From an uncultured Syntrophomonadaceae bacterium (GTDB taxonomy: Bacteria > Bacillota > Dethiobacteria > DTU022): DNA of 64,000 nucleotides. Shown piece after piece: positions 10,034-19,578 of the stretch. The stretch covers positions 15,401 to 79,400 of the forward strand of contig CAYTER010000002.1 of assembly GCA_964436815.1 (NCBI GenBank), written 5' to 3'. A program made the position numbers and the translations under genes. How positions within the stretch are numbered: the stretch's first letter is position 1; every line of letters starts with the position of its first letter. A model generated the notes under the pieces. That model was not told the origin of the DNA and searched no databases. It saw only the letters and a list, made by a program, of their open reading frames with translations.

Positions 10034-11737
10034 GTGGCCGAAAAGATCCAGGCAGAGCAAAAAACTAATTTTATTTACACCATGATCCGTGAGGATTTGG
10101 AAAAGGGAACCCTTGAAGGAAGCCCGGTTCATACCCGCTTTCCTCCCGAGCCTAACGGCTATTTGCATATCGGCCACGCTAAGGCCATTCTTCTAAATTA
10201 TATGATTGCGCAAGATTTTAACGGTAAGTTTAACCTAAGATTTGATGACACTAATCCGGTAAAAGAAGAGCAGGAGTTCGTCGATTCAATTATTGAAGAT
10301 ATTCGCTGGCTTGGCGCCGACTGGGAAGATCGCCTCTTTTTTACTTCCGACTATTTCGAGGTCAAATACCAGTTCGCCCAGCGCCTGATTAAAGCCGGTT
10401 ATGCCTATGTTTGTGATTTAAGCCCTGATGAAATCAGGGATTACCGGGGCACCCTGACTGAACCAGGCCTGGAAAGCCCCTATCGCAACCGGCCGGTTGA
10501 AGAAAATCTCGACCTTTTTGAAAGAATGCGTAACGGTGAATTTCCGAACGGCAGCAGGGTGCTGCGAGCCAGGATTGATATGGCTTCAGGCAACCTGAAT
10601 ATGCGAGATCCCGTTATCTACCGCATTCTACACGCCAACCATCACCGGACCGGAGACCAATGGTGCATCTACCCGATGTACGATTTTGATCATCCCTTTT
10701 CCGACGCCCTGGAAGGAATTACGCACTCGCTCTGCTCCATTGAGTACAGCGATCACCGGCCGCTGTATGACTGGATTGTCGACCGGGCAGTAGAGCTGAT
10801 TCCGGAAAAAATAAAGTACCGTTCCCGCCAGACTGAGTTTGCCCGCCTGGGAATGAACTACACGGTGATGAGCAAGCGTAAACTGCGCCGCCTGGTTGAG
10901 GAAAACTATGTTGAAGGCTGGGATGATCCGCGTATGCCTACTATAGCAGGACTGCGACGCAGAGGAGTTACCCCGGAAGCTATAGCCGATTTTCAGGACC
11001 GGGTCGGCGTATCCCGGGCTGACAGCACTGCCGATTTTGCCCTATTTGAACATTGCATCCGGCAGGACCTGGAAAACAAAGCTCCCCGGGTCATGGCTGT
11101 ATTAGAACCACTAAAAGTGGTCATCACCAACTGGCCGGCAGGCAAAACTGAAGTGTTTGAGATGGAAAACATCCCCGGGGATGAGAACGCCGGAACCCGA
11201 CCAGTGCCTTTCAGCGGCACCCTTTATATCGAACAGGAAGACTTTATGGAGGAACCGCCTAAAAAATTCTTCAGGCTGGCGCCTGGCCGGGAAGTACGCC
11301 TTAAAGGCGCTTACATTATCCGCTGCGACGAAGCCGTCAAAGACGGAAAGGGTAATCTGCTTGAACTGCGCTGCACCTATGATCCAGACACCAGAAGTGG
11401 ATCTGACACCAGCGGTAAAAAGGTAAAAGGGGTAATCCACTGGGTAGCGGTGGATCATGCAGCGTATGCCACTGTCAACCTCTATGATCCATTGTTTTCT
11501 GTCGAAAACCCGGAAGAAGCTGAAGAAGGAGATTTTACTGCCCTGATTAATCCGGATTCCCTGCTGGTGTGTCATGATGTTCCGGTCGAACCTTCAATCA
11601 GGGAAGCTCTTCCGGGCAGTCGCTTTCAGTTTTTACGTAAAGGCTATTTTTATTTAGAGCCGGAGAGATCAAAAGAGGATCAGTTGGTTTTCAACCGCAT
11701 CGTCCAGTTGCGAGACACCTGGGCTAAAATAAAATAG
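10034..11737 (+). CDS. glnS: Glutamine--tRNA ligase
   Basis: 567 aa. Class I HIGH motif PEPNGYLHIGHAKA, then FDDTNPVKEE, and KMSKS as VMSKR. The N-terminus is close to E. coli GlnRS. Confidence 0.85.
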   Translation: MAEKIQAEQKTNFIYTMIREDLEKGTLEGSPVHTRFPPEPNGYLHIGHAKAILLNYMIAQDFNGKFNLRFDDTNPVKEEQEFVDSIIEDIRWLGADWEDRLFFTSDYFEVKYQFAQRLIKAGYAYVCDLSPDEIRDYRGTLTEPGLESPYRNRPVEENLDLFERMRNGEFPNGSRVLRARIDMASGNLNMRDPVIYRILHANHHRTGDQWCIYPMYDFDHPFSDALEGITHSLCSIEYSDHRPLYDWIVDRAVELIPEKIKYRSRQTEFARLGMNYTVMSKRKLRRLVEENYVEGWDDPRMPTIAGLRRRGVTPEAIADFQDRVGVSRADSTADFALFEHCIRQDLENKAPRVMAVLEPLKVVITNWPAGKTEVFEMENIPGDENAGTRPVPFSGTLYIEQEDFMEEPPKKFFRLAPGREVRLKGAYIIRCDEAVKDGKGNLLELRCTYDPDTRSGSDTSGKKVKGVIHWVAVDHAAYATVNLYDPLFSVENPEEAEEGDFTALINPDSLLVCHDVPVEPSIREALPGSRFQFLRKGYFYLEPERSKEDQLVFNRIVQLRDTWAKIK

Positions 11738-11748
11738 TAAATTAAAAA

Positions 11749-11790
11749 ACAGTGGAACCGGGTTATAAAGCCAGGTTCCACTGTTTTTTT
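11749..11790. terminator. Rho-independent terminator downstream of glnS (bidirectional, A-run/T-run)
   Basis: Perfect stem acagtggaacc...ggttccactgt followed by TTTTTTT. An A-run precedes it. Confidence 0.8.
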
Positions 11791-11794
11791 ATGT

Positions 11795-12628
11795 TTATTT
11801 TTCTTTAGGGGAAACCGGGTATATCGGACCGGGGTTATATTCAACACTGGGCCGGGCATTGCGCGGTTGGGGAAACATGCTCATCAGGGCATAAATCTCC
11901 TGGGGCATATCTGTATTGACATTAATACCCAAACCGGCAATCTGGGCAACATCAATCGGGTAATCGTGGGTCCAGGTGCCCTGTGTCAGCAGCTCAGCGG
12001 TTTGATCAGCCTTATCCTCATCCAGATGCTTGGCCAGCAGGTTTTTAGCGGTAGCCTTCACCTGTTTTAAAGCTTTAACAGCCACGTCTGCTAAAATGAC
12101 GGTCTGATCATCAATGTCTTTAATTGGCTTGCTTTCCAAAACCTTAACCAGCGAAGCAGCCGGGTACTGTCCGAGCTGAGGATCAAGTGGTCCTAATACG
12201 GCATTTTCATCCATGATAAGTTCATCTGCCGCTAAAGCAATCATCGTTCCACCCGACATGGCATAATGCGGTACAAATACCGATACCTTGCCCGGGTGGC
12301 GCATTAAGGATTCGGCAATCTGCTCAGACGCAAGCACGAGGCCACCAGGCGTATGCAGGATCAGGTCGATCGGTACATTTTTGTCAGTCAGGCGGATAGC
12401 CGTCAGAACCTGTTCCGAGTCTTCAATATTTATAAAACGGGTCAGCGGAATACCGAGCAGGTTTAGCGCCTCCTGGCGGTGGATCAGGGTGATTACCCTG
12501 CTGCCGCGTCTGCGTTCCAGTTCGATCATTTTCCGGGTTCGCGCCGCCCTTAACATCTGCTGCTGCAGGTAAGGGGTCAGCGCCGAGATGATAATAAAAA
12601 TCCAGAAAATCTGTGACATATATTCCAT
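11795..12628 (-). CDS. SDH/ClpP-fold membrane-anchored serine protease (S49/DUF114-like)
   Basis: 277 aa with an N-terminal TM helix. The Clp-fold-like core is HTPGGLVLASEQIAE...YAMSGGTMIALAADE. Confidence 0.5.
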   Translation of the reverse strand: MEYMSQIFWIFIIISALTPYLQQQMLRAARTRKMIELERRRGSRVITLIHRQEALNLLGIPLTRFINIEDSEQVLTAIRLTDKNVPIDLILHTPGGLVLASEQIAESLMRHPGKVSVFVPHYAMSGGTMIALAADELIMDENAVLGPLDPQLGQYPAASLVKVLESKPIKDIDDQTVILADVAVKALKQVKATAKNLLAKHLDEDKADQTAELLTQGTWTHDYPIDVAQIAGLGINVNTDMPQEIYALMSMFPQPRNARPSVEYNPGPIYPVSPKEK

Positions 12629-12673
12629 TTAAAAACCTCCTTGACGCTTCAGTAAAACGCTGCCGTAATAGAG

Positions 12674-13351
12674 CTAACAGTAATCCCGCCAGCACTCCCA
12701 GAAGGGGTCTGCGCGGTAATTACGTTTGGGGCGCATAATCAGAATCAGGATTAAACCGAGGGCAAAACCGCCGATATGTGCCCACCAGGCGATGCCGGGC
12801 AGGCCGGCAAAGGCGTAGACAACCTGGATGACCGCCCAATAACCAAGATAGATCGGGGCCGGGAGCCAAAAAAAGAAGAAGATCAATGGTGGAATAACCG
12901 TCAATACCCTGGCCCTGGGGAATAAAACCAGGTAAGCGCCCAATAAGCCTGAAACGGCTCCGGAAGCTCCCACCATCGGGATTGTGCTGTCGGGTACAGA
13001 AAACCCTTGCAGCAATGCTGCTGCAATCCCTGAGAGCAGGTAGAGAATTAGAAAGCGAAAGAAACCAAGCCGCCCTTCAACAGCCGGTCCGAATACCCAG
13101 AGAAACCAGACATTGCCTACCAGGTGCATAAAGGATCCATGAACAAACATGCTTGTGAAGATGGTAAAATATTCGGCAGCCGGGTTGCTGAAAAAAGCAG
13201 CGGGAATAAAACCGTAATGATAAAATATTGCCTCGAAAGCTTCTATCCCCAAGGAAAGCTGGAATAGAAAAGCTAAACCGGTAATGATAATCAACCCGAA
13301 AGTTGCCAGTTTAGATCCATGGTAGGTAATGGTGTCGCGCAGGGGAAACAT
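12674..13351 (-). CDS. Rhomboid family intramembrane serine protease
   Basis: 225 aa, 6 TM helices, with GASGAVSGLLGAY (catalytic Ser) and AHIGGFALG (catalytic His). Confidence 0.85.
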   Translation of the reverse strand: MFPLRDTITYHGSKLATFGLIIITGLAFLFQLSLGIEAFEAIFYHYGFIPAAFFSNPAAEYFTIFTSMFVHGSFMHLVGNVWFLWVFGPAVEGRLGFFRFLILYLLSGIAAALLQGFSVPDSTIPMVGASGAVSGLLGAYLVLFPRARVLTVIPPLIFFFFWLPAPIYLGYWAVIQVVYAFAGLPGIAWWAHIGGFALGLILILIMRPKRNYRADPFWECWRDYC

Positions 13352-13415
13352 AGGCTGTCAAAAACCCTCCTGATTATTAAACGGCAAACTGATTATATCA
13401 TAATGTTTTCGTTAA

Positions 13416-13447
13416 AGAGGGCGCAGCGTTTGGCAGCTGCGCCCTCT
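13416..13447. terminator. Strong hairpin terminator at the 3' end of the formate dehydrogenase operon
   Basis: 12-bp perfect GC-rich stem AGAGGGCGCAGC-gtttggca-GCTGCGCCCTCT, flanked by T-rich sequence. It lies 32 bp downstream of the fdhA stop. Confidence 0.75.
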
Positions 13448-13478
13448 TCCAATTTTGTAATCTAGCGTAAATGCCAAG

Positions 13479-16151
13479 CTAGACTTTGTCAATCCGGATC
13501 GCGCAAACCTTGGTTTCCGGGGTCTTCGCCACCGGGTCAAGGGCATTGCTGGTCAGCAGGTTTGTCGGGCACTCGGCAAAGTGGAAGCTCAGTGAAGCGA
13601 CACCCGGTTGACTGCGCCTGGAAATCTTGACCCTGACCTGAATTTTACCCCGCCGCGATTTGACTTCCACCAAATCCCCGTCAGCAAGATTCATCTTTTC
13701 AGCATCCAGGGGGTTAATCAGGATCTGTTCTTCCCCGCTCAGCTGGTCAAGCCCTTCAGAATACCTGGTCATCGTGCTATGGAACTGGTAGAGGCTGCGT
13801 TCGGTAGTAAGAATCAACGGAAAATCAAAGTCACAGCATTCGGCTGAAGGCCTGAACTCGATGGCCGCCAGCTTGCCTTTGCCGGTTGGAGTAGCAAATT
13901 TCTCAGTATGCAGGATTCGTGTCCCCGGGTGATCCTCTGCCGGGCAGGGCCACTGGAGCCCGCCGGTTTCAAGACGCTCATAAGTGATCCCGGCATAACT
14001 TGGCGTCAGAGAGGTCATTTCCTTAAAAATCTCCTCCGCACTGTTGTAGGCAAAACCTTCGACTCCCATCTCATTGGCAATAGCACTGATAATCCACCAA
14101 TCAGGCTTGGCTTCACCAACCGGATCAATAACCCGGCGCACGCGCTGGACGCGTCTTTCCGTATTAACAAAAGTGCCGTTCTTTTCAGCGAAAGATGCAG
14201 CCGGAAGAACTACATCAGCTTTCTGAGCCGTTTCATTGAGGAAGATATCCTGAACGACAAAAAATTCAAGTTTGTCCATCGCCTCGATCGAATGGGCGGC
14301 ATTTGCTTCTGTCAGAACCGGGTTTTCCCCAACCAGGTAGATCGCTTTGATCTCACCATTATAGGCGGCGTCAAAGATTTCAGTATGGGTTAACCCCGGC
14401 TTTCCACTGAGAGGTACGCCCCAGGCTGTTTCAAATTTCTTGCGGGCTTCTTCGTTGTCAACTTTCTGGTAACCGGTAAAGACATTGGGCAGGGAGCCCA
14501 TATCACAGGCACCCTGAACATTGTTCTGGCCGCGCAGGGGATTAACACCGGCTGAAACACGCCCGAGATTACCGGTGATCAGGGCCAGGTTGCTGACCGC
14601 CAGAACGTTATCAGTGCCGTGCGAATGCTGAGTGACACCCATGCAGTAGAGAATCGATGCCGGGCTGTTTTCAGCATAGATCCGCGCTGCTTTGGCGATA
14701 TCATCCCAGGGCAGCCCGGTCATGTCACTGACAAATTCCGGGGTGTAGCTTTCAAGCGACTTTTTAAACTGTTCATAATTCTCACAGCGTTCTTCAATAT
14801 ACTGCTGATCATGAAGCCCTTCTTCGATGATGACCCTCGCCATACCCATCAGGAGGGCTACATCACTGCCCGGTTTTAATGGCAGGTGAAGATCGGCAAA
14901 ATTAACCAGGGCAACTTCCTGAGGATTGGCAACAATCAACTTAGCCCCGTTGCGAACCGCTTTTTTAACCTGGTAACCGATAATGGGATGGGCATCCGTC
15001 GTGCTGGTTCCAACTGCCAGGATGCATTTTGCATCGCCAATTTCGGCTATCGAGTTGGTCATTGCTCCCGAACCCAGTGCTATGGCCAGACCGGCCACGG
15101 TAGGAGCGTGTCAGAGGCGGGCGCAGTGATCAATATTATTAGTTTCCATCACTGCCCGCGCAAATTTTTGCATCACATAATTGTCTTCATTAGTGCATTT
15201 TGCCGAAGCAATCATGGCAAATTGATCGCCTTTGTATTGCCCCAGTTTGCTTGCTATGAGCGACAGAGCTTCTTCCCAGCTTGCCTCGACCAGTTCCCCG
15301 TCCTTACGGATTAAGGGGTGTGTCAGCCGGTCCGGGTGATTGACAAAACCAAGGCCGTAGCGGCCCTTTACACAGAGACTGCCGCCGCTTGCCGGGCTGT
15401 CTGCTACAGCTCGCGAACTGACAACCCTGTTGCCACGCGCTCCTACGACAATGCCACAGCCGCATCCACAGAAGGGGCAGATAGTTTCAACTTCGTAAGT
15501 TGGTTCAATCGCTTTGCGGGGCACCAAAGCGCCGACCGGGCAGCGCGATACACATTCGCCGCAGGTAACACACGTTGAATCGATGATCGGTTTATCACCG
15601 AGAACACTGATCTTGGTTTTCATCCCTCGAAAAGCGAAGTCTATGCAACTGTCACCCTGGATCTCTTCACAGGTGCGTACGCACACCCCGCAGAGAACAC
15701 ACTTGTTCATATCGCGTAAATAATAGGGGTTGGAATCATCTAATGGATGATCAAGAACCGGTTTACGCATCGCCTTGATCCGCTCTTCATCCAAACCAAT
15801 ATAGCGGGTTAACTCCTGCAGCTGGCAGCGGCTGTTTTTGGCACAGCTCTGGCAGTTATAGTCATGATTAAGCACAAGCAGCTCCAGGTTAACCCGGCGG
15901 GTCTGATCCAGATCGGCGCTGGCTGTAGTGACAACCAGCCCTTCTTCAACTGGGGTCATACAGGATACAGTAGGTCTGCGCCCCTCAATCTCCACCAGGC
16001 AAACCCGGCAGATCCCGACTGAGGTAAGGTCGGGATGATCACAGAGATGAGGGATATAGATCCCGTTGGCCAGGGCAGCATGCAGGATTGAGGTGCCCGA
16101 TTCAGCCTGAATTTCCACTCCATCGATAGTCAGGGTAATTAGCTCTGACAT
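13479..16151 (-). CDS. fdhA: Selenocysteine-containing formate dehydrogenase catalytic subunit (NAD-linked FdhA/FdsA type with NuoG-like N-terminal Fe-S domains). The ORF track shows it as two ORFs (13479-15098 and 15111-16157) because of an in-frame TGA at 15111-15113.
   Basis: The 15111-16157 ORF ends ...NIDHCARL-TGA. The reading frame then continues unbroken (all codons in phase) as [20 protein letters not shown]... into the next ORF. This matches the conserved Sec context of FdhF/FdnG (xRV-U-HGP[ST]VA...GxGAM[ST]N). The N-terminus has 2Fe-2S and 4Fe-4S Cys clusters, and the C-terminal part is a molybdopterin oxidoreductase domain. The start is likely the second ATG (MSELITL), where GAGGAGGG is spaced 6 nt. 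Confidence 0.85.
15060..15110 (-). promoter_or_regulatory. Candidate SECIS hairpin immediately 3' of the UGA in fdhA mRNA
   Basis: The mRNA after the UGA reads CACGCUCCUACCGUGGCCGGUCUGGCCAUAGCACUGGGUUCGGGAGC. An outer GCUCC/GGAGC pairing and an inner GGCC-GGUCU-GGCC stem-loop are possible within ~45 nt of the UGA. Confidence 0.4.
15111..15113 (-). other. In-frame UGA selenocysteine codon of fdhA
   Basis: TGA on the minus strand separates two abutting in-phase ORFs. It falls at the conserved Sec position of molybdopterin formate dehydrogenases. Confidence 0.8.
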
Positions 16152-17992
16152 TTGCATCCCTCCTCACATGGTATATGTTCTTCGGCCTGGGGCAATCCTT
16201 CTGAGACTACCAGTACCGCCCGTACCTTTTTGGGACAAACCTCGTAGCAGGCTCCGCACTTGGTGCATAAATCCTGATCAATTTCGTGCGGCTCTTTCTT
16301 CTCCCCACTGATCGCTTCAACCGGGCACTCCTTGGCACAGCGCTGGCAACCGATACATTTCTCCTGGTCTATGCGGTACTGAAGCAGCGCTTTACAAACC
16401 AGGGCCGGGCAGCGTTTTTCATTAACATGGGCCTCATATTCATGGTGGAAATATCGCAGGGTGGTTAAAATCGGGTTGGGGGCAGTTTGTCCCAGACCGC
16501 ACATCGAGCCCTTTTTAACAGCCCAGGCCAGTTCCTGGAGCAGGTCGAGATCTTCCGGTTTGCCGCGTCCCTCGGTAATATCCTCTAAAATTGTGTACAT
16601 CTGGGCCGTTCCAAGCCGACATGGTATACACTGACCGCAGGATTCGTTCTTGGTGAAATTTAAAAAATAGCGGGCCATGTCAACCATGCAGGTGTCTTCA
16701 TCCACGACAACCAGTCCTCCGGAGCCCATCATCGCTCCGGCTGCGGTTAGTGAATCAAAATCGATTGGCAAATCAAGATGTTCTTCGGGAATACAACCGC
16801 CCGATGGGCCACCGATTTGGGCTGCTTTGAATTTTTTACCGAAGCGAATACCACCGCCGATATCGAAAACAACTTCCCTGATCGTAACACCCATCGGCAC
16901 TTCAACCAAACCGGTGTTGTTAACCTTTCCGGTTAAGGCAAAAACCTTGGTGCCCTTACTGCCATCGGTTCCAACTGCAGCAAATTGCTCCGACCCGCGA
17001 CGCAGTATCAACGGGACATTAGCCAGGGTCTCCACGTTATTAATACAGGTGGGTTTACCCCAGAGACCCTCAACCGCCGGGAACGGCGGACGGTGGCGGG
17101 GCACACCCCTTTTACCCTCGATCGATGCCAACAGGGCTGTTTCTTCACCACAGACGAAAGCGCCGGCGCCTTCCTTGATCTTGATCTTAAAGTTAAAACC
17201 TAATCCCAGGATATTATCACCAAGCATCCCGTATTTTTCAGCCTGGCTGATGGCTGTGCGCAAGCGTTTGATGGCTAACGGGTATTCGGAGCGTACGTAG
17301 ATATAACCTTCGTCAGCGCCGATTGCCCGTCCAGCAATCATCATTCCTTCAAGCACGGCATGGGGATCCCCTTCGAGCAAACTGCGATCCATAAAAGCTC
17401 CGGGGTCGCCTTCGTCAGCATTGCAGACAATATATTTCTTTGAACCGGCGCTGCTATTGGCAAACTGCCATTTCATCCCGGTGGGAAACCCGGCCCCACC
17501 GCGACCGCGCAAGCCGGAAGATTTTACTTCGTTAACAACGGCCATCGGCTCCATCTGGAGCGCTTTCTTCAAACCCAGGTACCCACCCCTGATAATATAC
17601 TCATCTATATTTTCGGGATCAATTACCCCACAGTTGCGCAAAGCCAGCCGCATCTGCTTATTGTAAAACATGATTTCATCATGGGAGACCACCCGCTCCC
17701 CGGTAACCGGGTCGCTGTAGAGCAATCGCTCAACTTTGTTGCCCTTGACCAGGTATTCTTCAACGATCTCAGCTACATCTTCTTTTTGAACCCCACAATA
17801 GAAAACATCATCCGGAAAAACAATAAATATTGGCCCTTTTTCACAGAAGCCGTGACAGCCGGACATAATTATGCGCACATCGTCCTGTAACCCGTGCTTT
17901 TTCAGCTCTTCATCAAGGGCATCCCTGACATCCAGGGCCCCTGACGAAATACAACCGGTACCGGCACAGATCAGAATATGACGTTCATACAC
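16139..17992 (-). CDS. NuoF-like NAD(H)-binding flavoprotein (beta) subunit of formate dehydrogenase/hydrogenase, with an N-terminal thioredoxin-like 2Fe-2S domain and C-terminal 2x[4Fe-4S] ferredoxin domains
   Basis: 617 aa. It has GAGAF NAD-binding and FMN-binding regions and an ESCGQCIPCR 4Fe-4S motif. The C-terminus has CIGCQRCAKECP and CTKCGACYEVCP ferredoxin motifs. It overlaps the fdhA start by 19 bp. Confidence 0.85.
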   Translation of the reverse strand: MYERHILICAGTGCISSGALDVRDALDEELKKHGLQDDVRIIMSGCHGFCEKGPIFIVFPDDVFYCGVQKEDVAEIVEEYLVKGNKVERLLYSDPVTGERVVSHDEIMFYNKQMRLALRNCGVIDPENIDEYIIRGGYLGLKKALQMEPMAVVNEVKSSGLRGRGGAGFPTGMKWQFANSSAGSKKYIVCNADEGDPGAFMDRSLLEGDPHAVLEGMMIAGRAIGADEGYIYVRSEYPLAIKRLRTAISQAEKYGMLGDNILGLGFNFKIKIKEGAGAFVCGEETALLASIEGKRGVPRHRPPFPAVEGLWGKPTCINNVETLANVPLILRRGSEQFAAVGTDGSKGTKVFALTGKVNNTGLVEVPMGVTIREVVFDIGGGIRFGKKFKAAQIGGPSGGCIPEEHLDLPIDFDSLTAAGAMMGSGGLVVVDEDTCMVDMARYFLNFTKNESCGQCIPCRLGTAQMYTILEDITEGRGKPEDLDLLQELAWAVKKGSMCGLGQTAPNPILTTLRYFHHEYEAHVNEKRCPALVCKALLQYRIDQEKCIGCQRCAKECPVEAISGEKKEPHEIDQDLCTKCGACYEVCPKKVRAVLVVSEGLPQAEEHIPCEEGCKCQS

Positions 17993-18034
17993 TTAGCCTC
18001 TCTCCTTTCTTAGATCCCCAACCCTGTTCCGGCT

Positions 18035-18214
18035 TCAGTGTTCCCGAAAAGCCGAGCCATGTGAATACTTATTGATAATCGCTTCACGGGCTGCTTTACA
18101 CTCTTCATTTTCATGACATAGAGGCCCTTCCAGACAGCATTCGATAAAAACATCGCAGGGTCTCTCCTTACTGTTGAAACACTTTTCACAGCAATGATCG
18201 ATAAAATGCTCCAT
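18035..18214 (-). CDS. Small cysteine-rich protein (59 aa, 8 Cys) inside the formate dehydrogenase operon. It is absent from the ORF track because it is shorter than 60 aa.
   Basis: Its ATG directly abuts the TAA of the upstream NuoE-like gene (TAAATG). It translates to MEHFIDHCCEKCFNSKERPCDVFIECCLEGPLCHENEECKAAREAIINKYSHGSAFREH. Its stop lies ~40 bp before the AAGGAGAGAG RBS of the NuoF-like gene. Confidence 0.45.
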   Translation of the reverse strand: MEHFIDHCCEKCFNSKERPCDVFIECCLEGPLCHENEECKAAREAIINKYSHGSAFREH

Positions 18215-18688
18215 TTAAGCTTGCCCCCCTTCAGGTTCGCCGCCGAAGCTCTCGATTATACCTTTCGTTTTATCCGGGTCTAGCTTGCCGAATGTTTTAT
18301 CGTCTATGGTCATAACCGGCGCCAACCCACAAGCTCCGATACAGGCAACTTCTTCGTAGGTATATTGCTGATCGGCTGTGGTTTCGCCGACACTGACTTT
18401 CAGAACATCCTTAACCTTATCGGCCACTTTTTTAGCGCCACGAACATGACAGGCTGTTCCACAGCAGAGGCGGATTATATGCCGGCCGCGTGGCTTCAGA
18501 TGAAAGCGGGCGTAGAAGGTGGCCACCCCGAAAACCTTGCTCTCAGGAACACGGACAAAACGGGCAACCGCTTTCATTGCCTCTTCGGGTAAATACCCCA
18601 GCTCTTCCTGAACATTCTGCAGCACAGGGATTAACTCATTTTTTTCGCCTTTAAATGAAGCAAATACTGTTTGCAGTTGTTCTTCCAT
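18215..18688 (-). CDS. NuoE-like 2Fe-2S (gamma) subunit
   Basis: 157 aa, with the thioredoxin-like 2Fe-2S motifs CCGTACHVRG...CIGACGLAP. Confidence 0.85.
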   Translation of the reverse strand: MEEQLQTVFASFKGEKNELIPVLQNVQEELGYLPEEAMKAVARFVRVPESKVFGVATFYARFHLKPRGRHIIRLCCGTACHVRGAKKVADKVKDVLKVSVGETTADQQYTYEEVACIGACGLAPVMTIDDKTFGKLDPDKTKGIIESFGGEPEGGQA

Positions 18689-18976
18689 TTAATTTAATCA
18701 CTCCCTTTACCGCTATTTCGACATAAACAGACCTGTTCTTATTCTCCTCACGAAAAGGCGAATCCTGCCCGGTTCAGGTAAAAAAGCGTCAACCTTAAAA
18801 AGACGCAATAGACAGTATATTATGGAATTATCTCTTTGGTATTATAGTCACTTAGCAGATGATGCACAATGGGTTATTAGATGGTTAAAAGGACCCAATG
18901 CTAATCAGTAACAAATCCTAATTATTGCATTATTATATTTAAAATATTATAATAACCTCAAAAAGGAGGGAATACA

Positions 18977-19480
18977 ATGTTACCAAAAAAACTTCTGGCG
19001 AAATTAAATGAACAGATTACTCATGAATTTTATTCCGCACATTACTACCTGGCCATGGCTTCCTATTTTAAAAAAGAAGAACTTGACGGTTTTGCAAACT
19101 TTTTCATAGTCCAGGCTGAAGAAGAACGGTCCCACGCTATGAAATTTTTCGAATTTATCAATGACCAGGGTGAAGAAGCGTTGATTACCGGTTTTAAAGA
19201 TCCAAAAAGGGATTTTAAATCAGTGGAAGAGATTTTTACCCTGGCTCTTGAGCACGAAAAACTGGTCACCGGTTTAATCACTGAACTGATGAAAACCGCC
19301 CAGGAAGAAAAGCATTACCCCAGTATCGGCTTTTTACAGTGGTTCATTGATGAACAGGTCGAAGAGGAAGCTTCAATGAGCAGGCTGCTGAGTCTTGTAA
19401 AGCGGGTGGGCGAGCAGGGCCATGGCATCCTAATGCTGGATCGCGAACTTGCCGGCCGCATTTTTACGCAGGAAGCGTAA
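18977..19480 (+). CDS. Non-haem ferritin
   Basis: 167 aa ferritin-like four-helix bundle with ferroxidase ligands (E..EExH, QWFIDEQVEEE). A strong AAAGGAGG RBS sits upstream. Confidence 0.85.
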   Translation: MLPKKLLAKLNEQITHEFYSAHYYLAMASYFKKEELDGFANFFIVQAEEERSHAMKFFEFINDQGEEALITGFKDPKRDFKSVEEIFTLALEHEKLVTGLITELMKTAQEEKHYPSIGFLQWFIDEQVEEEASMSRLLSLVKRVGEQGHGILMLDRELAGRIFTQEA

Positions 19481-19522
19481 AAATATACAAAGCTAAACCG
19501 CTTTATTTTAATGAATTTTATG

Positions 19523-19556
19523 AAGGAGGATTCAGATAATTTCTGGAATCCTCCTT
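19523..19556. terminator. Bidirectional hairpin terminator between the convergent ferritin and DUF2284 genes
   Basis: Stem AAGGAGGATTCAG...CTGGAATCCTCCTT (13-14 bp) followed by a T-rich tract. Confidence 0.7.
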
Positions 19557-19578
19557 GATCTTTTCTTGCAGAAAAAGT

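Noticed and set aside
13479-16157. Two adjacent formate dehydrogenase ORFs separated by a stop codon could be read as a pseudogene or a split gene.
   Set aside because: The stop is a TGA at the conserved selenocysteine position. Both ORFs are in the same phase. I interpret it as one Sec-containing fdhA.
16677-17300. 207-aa plus-strand Ser/Pro/Thr-rich ORF, and similar long antisense ORFs inside the NuoF-like gene, the YyaL gene (7713-8367) and the RND gene (31699-32283).
   Set aside because: They are low-complexity antisense reading frames within strongly supported genes. They have no RBS or start context.
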